A DNA stretch of 64,000 nt from Candidatus Altimarinota bacterium. GTDB lineage: Bacteria; Patescibacteriota; Gracilibacteria; BD1-5; UBA2023. Made by a program: the position numbers and the translations under genes. The notes beneath the pieces were generated by a model, which was not told the origin of the DNA, ran no database searches, and was given only the letters and a program-made list of their open reading frames with translations. Below, piece by piece: positions 11,891 to 21,600 of the stretch (position 1 is the first letter of the stretch; the number at the start of each line of letters is the position of its first letter). Where the stretch lies: the NCBI GenBank assembly GCA_043787675.1, contig JAYVUT010000010.1, positions 16,733 through 80,732 on the forward strand, read 5' to 3'.

Positions 11891-11943
11891 CTATTGATTT
11901 TCAGATATCTTTTCATATACTCAGGGCAATAACCTAAAAATAT

Positions 11944-13014
11944 ATGTTTGACCCAAAGATCCCATACAACCATCTGCCTACTTTACCAGGTATCTTCGAG
12001 TATGATCAGAAAAAACTCCTCAAGCTCGCTATAAGAGCAAGTACCGAAGTCTCGAAGCTCAACTGACTCATGCATCTCATCCCGAATCATGAAATCCTGA
12101 TATCACCCCTTCTCGTCAAAGAATCAGTCGAATCATCAGCGATAGAGAATATCCATACGACTACACTAAAAGTCCTAAAGTCTCAATCTCTCCCAGAGAG
12201 CTCTCTCGGGTGACCAGAAAAAGAAGTCCTACACTACCATAGAGCTATTCTCAGATGATATGAGAGACTCAAAAAAGAGTGAGGTATCGGGTACAATGCG
12301 ATTCTCGAAATCCAATCACTCATCGAACCAAACAAGCCATGAGTGAGGAAGCTCCCAGGTACAGTGATCGCAAATAGTCGTAGAGAAGTACTCTATACGC
12401 CTCCTGCCTGAGAAGATGTGATCATCTCACTTCTCTCGAATCTAGAGAGATGGATGCATACTACAGATGACGATATTGATCCATTTATCAAGATGCCAGT
12501 GATGCATTATCAGTTCGAGTCTATCCACCCGTTCTATGATGGGAATGGTCGTACAGGACGAATACTCAATGTACTCTATCTCGTGATGACGGGTAAACTC
12601 GATTTTCCTGTGTTATTCCTGAGTGAATACATAAATAAAACACGACAAGAATACTACCATCTCTTTAGTATAACTCGCAATGAGGGTGACTATACTGATT
12701 TTATAGTATATCTCCTAGAGGGGATTATCGTACAGGCAAAAGATACCACAGAAAAGATAATACGAATCCGTAAACTGATGCAAGAGACAGAGAATAAGAT
12801 AGCATATCTGAACTTAGACTACCATAAGATTACTATGATTCTTTTTTCGAGGCCATTTCTCACTGTTTCTGATTTCGCAGATGCTCTCGGTTTGACCCGC
12901 CAGACTGCTACGAAGTATATTTCTCTCTTAGAGGAGCATACCATACTATCATCACAGAAAGTAGGAAAAAATAAGCTCCTCTTTATACAATCATTTATCG
13001 ATATACTCACATAA
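11944..13014 (+). CDS. fic: Fic-family protein (AMPylase type) with an N-terminal inhibitory helix and a C-terminal wHTH
   Basis: The catalytic loop HPFYDGNGRTGR fits HxFx(D/E)GNGRxxR. SSAIEN fits the (S/T)xxxE(G/N) autoinhibition motif. Track ORF 12418..13014 extends upstream across 7 TGA to ATG 11944, and a TAA at 11935 closes the frame. Confidence 0.9.
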
Positions 13015-13019
13015 ATAAT

Positions 13020-13481
13020 ATGCAATACTGGCTCATGAAATCCGAACCCTCAGAATACTCGATCGATCACCTCATGCGAGATGGATCATCGAGTTGGTAT
13101 GGTGTACGCAATTATCTCGCTCGCAACTATATGCGAGACCATATGAGAATAGGAGATGTGGTATTATTCTATCACTCCAATTGCAAGGTTCCAGGTATTG
13201 CTGGACTCGCTCGAGTGGTATCTGCTCCACATGATGATATGACCCAATTTATCCCTGGAGACAAGCACTATGATCCCAAGTCTACTCATGAGAAGTCAAT
13301 ATGGCAATGTGTGGATGTAGGATTTGTTCAGAAACTCCATAGAATCATATCTCTCTCGGAGCTCCGAGATATAGAGTCACTCCAAACGATGAAAATCCTC
13401 CAAAAATGAAATAGACTCTCGATCACTCCCGTGACTCTAGAGGAATATCAGATTATTCTCAGTCTAATCGAGAAAGAATAA
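13020..13481 (+). CDS. EVE (PUA-like) domain protein
   Basis: MQYWLMKSEPSEYSIDHL..WYGVRNYLARNYMRD..GDVVLFYHS is the typical EVE/thymocyte-nuclear-protein-like sequence. It continues across TGA 13407-13409 to TAA 13479-13481. Confidence 0.8.
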
Positions 13482-14649
13482 TTTTGGTATCAGTTTTGCT
13501 ATACTCCTGGAACTCATATTTCCCAGCTTGGATCTGTGCATTGACGGCAATATACGGCTTGCCATCTGTAGTGATCCATTTGCGATGTACTGGTCGTACG
13601 GAGAGCTCTAGAGAATAGGTTTCTCTGAAATAGTCTTGTACATATCTGCGAGTATCACGATCGAGCGAGGGAGCTAGGATGAACGGAGTGTACTCACTCA
13701 TACTGAGAGAATAATATATCCGATGATCCTGGTGCAGTATGACGACTACCTGGGCATCAGGAGTAGGGAAGGATACGGATATCTTTTTTTCTATGATTTC
13801 ATTGTCTCAATTGCTCATATAGAACTCACTACCCGTGAAAATATAGGTATCTCTATTGAACAAGCTCGAATTCTTGGGTTCCATCATACGAGCCCAGTCC
13901 ATGAGTCCATTATTTATGTTTCTGATTATATCTCATGTACTTTTTGTAGAAAAAGTACCAAAACTATTGGGGAGAGAAAAACTCGTACCGCTTTGCTCAT
14001 CTTTTTTATTGTTTTCATCTGACTCAGACAGTTTCTCTCCCCAAACCCCGTTAAGTTCATTGTTTGTATTCTGTGTTGAGGATTCACAGGCGAAAATAGG
14101 AGCTCATGAAACATATTTTTCTATAAAATCCTGAAAATCTCTCTCGATTGTATTTTTCTCATTTTCTGTGAGTTTGATATTTTTTGCTCACTTATAATAC
14201 CTGGAAAATATCGTCTCCAGATTGGTATCCCAGGCGAGTAGGGGCTCTCAGTATCCAAATGCGAGTATAGCTCTCGCCGTATATTCTCCAACTCCAGGGA
14301 GTTTTTTGAGCAGGGACTTATCTCTTGGGAATATGCCACTATATTCCTCACTTATGATTTTTGCAGTTTTGAGGAGATTACGGGCTCGAGAATAGTAGCC
14401 GAGTCACTGATAATATGGGAAAAATTCTGCGTAACTCGACCTAGCAAGATCATGAACTGTTGGGTATTTTTCGAGCATTTTCGTGTAAAATCACACTACT
14501 CGATCAGCCTGGGTCTGTTGGAGGAGGATCTCTGCGAGCCAGACGGTGTAGTTATTCTGGGTATGTTGAGCATATTGCCTCCATGGGAAGTCGTGACGAC
14601 CATTTTCGCTATACCAGTCGAGGAGGAGTTGCCAAGGGAATGATTTCAT
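13453..14649 (-). CDS. mutY: Adenine DNA glycosylase MutY with a NUDIX-like C-terminal domain and no Fe-S cysteines
   Basis: It has WLAEILLQQTQ (catalytic Glu), HhH-GPD LPGVGEYTARAILAFG, and the catalytic Asp in LAWDTN. A single 398-aa frame is open across 9 TGA, checked triplet by triplet. It ends at TAA 13453-13455. Confidence 0.85.
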
Positions 14650-14727
14650 AGTGAGATAGTATTTATATTTCTTTTATTTGCAAAAAAAGAGTATATTCGA
14701 TATAATAAACACATTATAATAAATAGT

Positions 14728-15051
14728 ATGAATCAAAATCCAAAGTTCTTGACCGAATACCCGATACTCGCAAAAAGCCCAGAACATATTCCACAGGCTT
14801 CTTTTTATATAGAGGCTCTCAGGCAAAAATATGCTACATACCAAATAGTGCTCGACAGACTCGATAATATTGCTACCAAGATAGATCAAGTTCCGCCGCA
14901 TATCCAACATACTGTGACTGAGCTACTCAGAGCAGATCTAGAAAGTAGGGTGATCAACACTGGTATCATGACAGCAGCAATCATGGCTATCAATCCCAAA
15001 AATACGATACATCGAGCTATAAATGACGATACATTCCGCAAGGTTGCCTAA
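14728..15051 (+). CDS. Hypothetical protein (107 aa)
   Basis: This is an intact track ORF ending in TAA. No motif was recognised. Confidence 0.4.
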   Translation: MNQNPKFLTEYPILAKSPEHIPQASFYIEALRQKYATYQIVLDRLDNIATKIDQVPPHIQHTVTELLRADLESRVINTGIMTAAIMAINPKNTIHRAINDDTFRKVA

Positions 15052-15072
15052 TTATTTTCACTTTCACCCCGA

Positions 15073-15450
15073 ATGATGCAAAATACTCGTCTCCAACTCC
15101 TTCTCGAGCGTGCTCCTCTCACTGATGAGGATCGCCACAATATATCTCGTATTTTTGTTATTCTCTCGAGTGAGAGGCAGACAGCACTCATATCTGACTG
15201 GGATGCCTATATTGTCAGGTTCATATCGATTCGAGAACAACTCGCAGAAGATGAGGCTCGCAGATTCCTCTCATGACTACAGGCTATAGATATCCTCCTC
15301 GATGAGGCTATTGCTCGTGAGTGAGAAAAACAGAGAGAAAAAGATCAAAATAAAAAACAAGTTCGCAAAGAACTCGAGGCAACAGTGGCATATGATCAGA
15401 TGCAGAGACTACGGAGAGTAAAAGAGATACATAGTACGACCGTGAGATAA
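15073..15450 (+). CDS. Hypothetical protein (125 aa), charged helical C-terminus
   Basis: Track ORF 15073..15276 continues across 2 TGA to TAA 15448-15450. Confidence 0.4.
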
Positions 15451-15497
15451 ATTGTGTGTAGATTTAAGCCTTATGCAAGTCAAAAACTCTCCTCGAT

Positions 15498-15526
15498 TTG
15501 CAACTTTTTGCCCTATCTGATAATGT
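15498..15526 (+). promoter_or_regulatory. Putative promoter upstream of the transporter leader
   Basis: TTGCAA, a 17-nt spacer, then TAATGT. Confidence 0.3.
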
Positions 15527-15622
15527 AGTGATACATCACAAATTGGTCATGTGATCAGCTCTAGCCTCATCTTATACCTGAGACCAATAGAGTATATTGG
15601 TCTTTATCTTTTTATTTTTCAT

Positions 15623-17179
15623 ATGACTCCCCCAGCACCTACCGATACTATAGGAACTATTGATCATGGATCGAATCCGATTATCATATCTACACAGACA
15701 GGACTGGAGTGATACCGTCTTCGCAATTTTTATATTACCAATAGTTTACAGTGATTTGTTTGGATGATTTTTCATTTTTCCGTAGTCTTTTTTTTCTGAC
15801 TACTATTGGGTAATCTGGTTCTCGTAGGACTTTTTCTCGGGTTTGCGAATCTGATAGCATTTGCTATCGATGTTCCACTTGGGATCATCCAACGCTATAT
15901 TCCAACTCGCCGTATGTTTATTATCGCTGCTATTTCTCAGCTCATTGCGACTGGTATATTTTTTGCATTCATATTTCATATATTTGGTATTATTGAGTAT
16001 ATATCTGGAGTTATCACTCCAGAGTCTCTCGAATCTGGTAAGGCATGGTTTTTTGGGAGTGCTCTCAACTGGATATGAGTAGTCGTTGCATCTATCTGCT
16101 ATGGTGTGACAAAAGAGATAAATGATGTATCAACCTATTGATATGTTCTCTCTCATGCAGATCCAAGTGAATATGGAACTATTCTTGCTCGCAATAATAT
16201 CACATTTGGTATTGGTTCACTGATAGGACTGGTACTTTCGGGAGTTGTATTATCATTTAGTCCTACTATTGCTGTTGTGTTTTTGGCAATTATTATTGCT
16301 TGATTTCTTGCATTCACTATTCGATTTTTTGATAACTCTATGGATTCTGTCAATATTGCTGATATTACGAGTTTCCGTGTCTCTGTACAACGTTGGAACT
16401 GAGAAAACGTAAAAGAATACATCACAGAAACAATAGCAAAAGTAGATCTCGAAAAAGTGGTGAGTGGTGCAAAATACCTCATGCTCAAACCCAAGCAAAC
16501 AGCTATAGGGGATAGCATTCCATGGAAAGATGTTTTTGTCTCGAGCAAGAGAGAGTTCGCTATTATCTGGGAAATATGTATGCACAAGCCAATGCATATA
16601 TCTCTATTTTGGACTATTACCTTGGTGCTGACATTTTGATTTTGGGATACATTTGCATCATCATTTCTCTTGCAGTTTCTCGATCAGATGAAGCCAGGGT
16701 GGAGCTATATTCTCTTGGCTATGATAGGTATACCATGAATAGTTCTCCAAGAGACAGCGAGTAAAATAGGAGCCAAGATTGGTGTGAAGACTATTGGTAT
16801 AATTGGACTCACGCTTTCGGGAGGATCACTTATTTTGATGGGTATTTTCACACTTGGCTCTAGTATCAGTCCAATATTGATCATATTCCTTGCTCTCATC
16901 AATTCACTCGGATATGCATGTGGTATGTCTACAGGACAGAACCAGTTTCTCGATATGTATAATCGTATCTATGCGGATCATGAGTGACTCACTGAGATAA
17001 ATGCAAATGCATCGTCTGGTCCTATGAAAGTTATTCAGAATCTTGCAAATGTCATCGGACTTGTCATCGGATGAGTACTGGTTGCATTCTGATTCCCTGC
17101 ATTTTTTATACTATTTGGATTGGTCATATTCGCTATATTGGGCTGGACTATCCGAGAGAAACAGAGTATACAGCTCTAA
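15623..17179 (+). CDS. Polytopic membrane transporter, MFS-like
   Basis: This is a 518-aa frame with about 12 hydrophobic segments and a central hydrophilic loop. Track fragments 15806..16078 and 16784..16987 share its frame. It is continuous across 12 TGA to TAA 17177-17179. A GTG at 15551 is an alternative start. Confidence 0.6.
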
Positions 17180-18162
17180 TTCCTCTCGAGGGTTACACTC
17201 CGATTTCTCACTATTTCTACTTCCAGATCCTTGAGTATATATGAGAGATCTTTGTCTTTGAGTATGATTTTTTGTTGCCACTCACCATTGTATCGTTCCC
17301 AGATATGCGTATCAAAAGAAAAAAAAGTTGATGGAAGCTTGATAAGAGAGATCTTATTGATGAGTTTTGCTATTATATCTTCGACTTTATTTTTTTGTTC
17401 ATGGTGTATTCGTATCGTTGCTAACTCTGCAAATGGAGGATATCCGAAATCAGTCCGCTCACGAGAGAGATATGAGAGAAATGATCTCATATTACCCTCT
17501 ACAATCTCTCTGAGGAGAGGATGATCGGGGGTATATGTTTGTATATAGAGTGGGAGTCATTGTTTCTTGTAGTAGGATATCTCGTTGTATATATCCTCTT
17601 CTATGTGATATGATGGAATAGAGAGATTGAGTTCAAATGAAAGCCAAATAACGGCTCCAATATCCGGATGTACTATACTTGCTCCTATTTGTGTAGCTAT
17701 GACGATATCACTTGTATTGATTTTTGAGTATAATATTTCAGTTTTTTCACTGGTGTCACTATCTATGCGGAGTATACGAGTATCTTTCGGGAGTAGTTTT
17801 GCTATATTTTCTTCGATCTGCTGTATACCGACTCATACTGGATTGACTTTGTTTCCTTGGCAATGAGGACAAACAATAGGGAATGGTGCTATTTGTCCAC
17901 ATTGGTGACATATGAGACACTTATTGGGTGTTGTATGATATGCAAATGCAATATCACAATGTGGACACTTCTCATAGTGTCCACAATCACCACAGATCCA
18001 TGCTCTTGCGTTGCCCCTTCTTGAGTAGAATATGAGGGATTTTTTCCCTTCATTCTTTACTCTTTCGAGCACATTGATGATCTCCGCAGATATACATGGG
18101 GCCTCGAGATGAGCCCCTTGTAGAGGGATGATAGTAATTATAGAAGACAACGAATTATTCAA
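17176..18162 (-). CDS. priA: Primosomal protein N' (PriA), C-terminal half only: helicase lobe 2 with the Cys-rich zinc region, plus the C-terminal domain
   Basis: SLIFYSRRGNARAWICGDCGHYEKCPHCDIAFAYH..LICHQCG..PIVCPHCQG is the PriA 4xCxxC region. GVGIQQIEENI..LRIDSDT follows. The frame is open across 2 TGA to TAG 17176-17178. Upstream it closes at TAA 18217-18219. The candidate starts are TTG 18162 and ATG 18210. Confidence 0.7.
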
Positions 18163-18173
18163 AATTAAAAATA

Positions 18174-18620
18174 TTAACCGAGTTCTTCTTCAATAAATTT
18201 TACAAATCATTTCACATTATCATGATTATGATAGATCGATGCATATCTCACAAACGCTACTTCATCAAAATCTCTGAGCTTGCGGAGTATATCGCGGCCA
18301 ACGCGTTTGGAACTTATAGCTTGTTTATTTTGTGCCCATTCATTCTCGAGAGTATTGATAGCATCTTCGAGTTTATCAGGATCAAATGGTCTTTTCACAA
18401 GAGCCTTGAGCATAGAGTTCACTATCTTGGTACGATCATAGGGCTCGAGCTCGCCTGATGACTTGGTCACCATGAATGATACGAACTCGAGTCGTTCAAA
18501 TGTTGTGAATCTTGATTCACACTTTTCACACTCTCGGCGTCGGCGTATAGCCTTACCATCATCAGTAGTACGAGAGTCGATCACACGGGTATCGAGATTG
18601 CGACATTTTGGACATTTCAT
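18174..18620 (-). CDS. nrdR: Transcriptional repressor NrdR
   Basis: It has the zinc ribbon MKCPKCRNLDTRVIDSR..CEKCESRFTTFE and an ATP-cone. Track ORF 18207..18620 ends in TGA, so it extends 11 codons to TAA 18174-18176. Confidence 0.9.
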
Positions 18621-18645
18621 AGAGAGAGGGGTTATTTTTAGATTT

Positions 18646-21600
18646 TTATTTTACGGTGATCTTCTCATATTTGCCAGTAGCATGTATATATGGTTGGTAC
18701 ATATAATAAGCTGTCACAGGAGGGAGGAGATAGGTGCCGCTATATTCTGGGCGGATATAGTATGTATAGGTATAGGGTTTATCAGTTCTCCAGATGTAGT
18801 CTTGTGTTGCGAAGATCCTATCAAGCTGAGATTCGACGTGTGTCCAGCCATTCCAGTAGCCATACTCACTATTGGTATCTGTAGTACTCATACTCTCTGT
18901 CTTGAGTATTGAGCTAATCGGTCTCCATCCACCAGGTATATAGTCCTCGAGAGTCAGGTAGTACTTGTTTGTATTGCTGGGCTTTGGAGTCACAGTGATG
19001 CGAACTCTATAGAGCTCTCAATGGTGAAATATACTATCCGTGATAGGGGTAGCAGAGATGAATTGTCAGTTTTGATCGAGTCATCGTGATTCGTCAACTT
19101 TTTCAAATACTCGCGAAACAGTGAGTTCTGGATGGCTCACCCCCTGTACTGCAAAAATATCAATAGGCTCATCACGCATGCTGATCTCATAATAGACTAT
19201 CCCAGTCCCAGAAAGTCATGATATATCAAGTGTCTTACCTATGAGTGATCTACGAGTATCATAACTATATCTATGAGCTCATTTGCTCATACTGATTGGG
19301 ATCTTGAGTTTTCAGGTAGTTATCTGTAATTGAGATAGCGTATTCTGACCACCAGATAGAGATATCAGTGCCATGAGGAGTTGTATACGAGACTGAGTTG
19401 ATACATAGTAAGACTCGAGATCGACTCACTGGAGAAGATCACGGATAATAGTTGCTGCTATTGCCCGATCTCATAGTTGCACGAGGAGTCGAGCATATAT
19501 TGCCTGGTCAGCAGTATCATCCCAATACCAATAGCTTTCACTATGGCGAGAGCTCATTCGAGTTTTGAGATTTTTCTTCATGGTATTATCGAGTTTGTCT
19601 AGAGATGCGAGCCCAATACTATATATCAAGTAACCATGACGAGATAGCCGAGTGATATCTATAGAGTTCTCTACCTCTGGAGTTCTTGGATGCTTACCTT
19701 GTGCGAGAGTTGCGAATATCTCAGCCCTACTATCCATATCATCTGTGACTGGGAGACTACTGATATAATCTAGTCATCTCGATATATTATCATCTGGTAT
19801 AGTTATACCGAGCTTGCGGAACTCATAGAGTGACCTGATGACATATGGTGTTATATGATCATTTACTACAGTATCATTTTCCCAGTATTTCCATCCACCA
19901 TTCGCATCTTGCATTTTGAGTATTTTCTCAACTCCTGCTTCGAGATTTTTTCGGGCTTCTATTGTATCTATTTTTATACCGAGACTCGATCAGAGTGCTA
20001 GAGCTATAGCGTTGGGGAGAGTACTCGATATAGTCTGCTCTATACAGCCATATGGATAGGCAATCAGAGATGCTATGACTCTTTCAGGATTTTGTAGTGG
20101 ACTATCAGAAATACTGATAGTTACCTGTGAGTCTGGACTCGTATTATCTCAGATTGCTGGGATTGCTACTATCACTCCAGTAGCAGTCGATCCTGATACA
20201 CGAATCATATCAGTTATGATTGGTGGTTGAGCTATGTGGAGATTTTTAGATATACTATCGAGTATGATTCATTTTTTATCTCGTAGTGTGAGAGTATAGG
20301 GAATATCTCAATTCCATACTTTTCATACTACTATTTTATAGTCTTGTCATACGGCTTGTCCAGGACTCAGTATGAGTGTTTCTATTTTTTTCCATAATGA
20401 ACCACCAGTACCAATATTGAGTTCCAGGGTTGCCTCGCTGATCTGAGGTGTAGAGTTGAATACCGATGCAGTGATCGTAGTCATATCACCAGGATAGGCG
20501 AGTGATGATGCATGTGTCTCGAGTGTATAGTCTTGTCTGACTGATATAGTTTTCTCACTCACTGAAAATGTTGATGATTTTGTCTGTCATATTGCTATGA
20601 TGCGATAGTCGGTGACATTGTCCGGGAGAGCAAATGAAATATGAGCCTTACCGTTTTTATCTGAGAGAACCGATGGATTATAGTATGCAGTATTACGAAA
20701 TAGAGTCCGAGATGATATCTGTACTCCATCTCATCATTTATCTCCACTTCCACCATTTGATCCTTTTCGAGAGAGGTATCTATTGCGTTCGATACCGATA
20801 GCTGTGAGCGCTGTTTTCATTGTGAATTGGTACTTTTGGAAAAACTTCGGGATGATATCCAGATCGATATTGCCGAGAAGTCGTATCAGACTCTCATCGA
20901 TCACCATCACTTCTATCTCTCACTCGGTTCATTTGCCAGTAGTATCTGTGAGCAAGAGATCCATATTGACAGTATCACGGTTTTTATATATTTCTTTGTT
21001 TGGAGCTATATTTAGTTTTCATTTTTTATCTGAGAGATCCATAATAATCTCTCCATATCAGACTGCATATCCACGATCACTCCCTGTACTTCATCTTGGA
21101 AAAGCTACAACTCCTATATACACATTCGGATAAAAAGAATCATCTATCACATAGTCCCTGGTATAATTCGATCCTGTATATGTAATATATTCATGCTCGA
21201 GTACTCCTCATTTTTCCCGAGTTATATAGAGATGCCCTCAACTCGAGAAGGGCGTAGTGATGAGTACATGAGCTGTTTCACCACTATGGTATACAGTTCG
21301 TTCTGGTATAACACGCAGACTAGCATCTCGACTGACAAAGTTACCAGTAATGTAGATGAGCGTCTCACTGATAGACTCTATAGGTGGCATGATATCTGAT
21401 GGAGTGATCGGAGATATCTGCAATATATACTCTCAGGGTGTATATCACTTGGTAGCGAGGGTGAGATGATTTCCTGTGAGGGCTCACTCTGATACAATAG
21501 TATCTATTGTATGAGTTATTGGTGCTGATTCCCCTCGTAGCGTAGATATTTGTTCAGCAGTATATACTCGGTGGATGAGCTCATATTTGTATTTGTTGCT

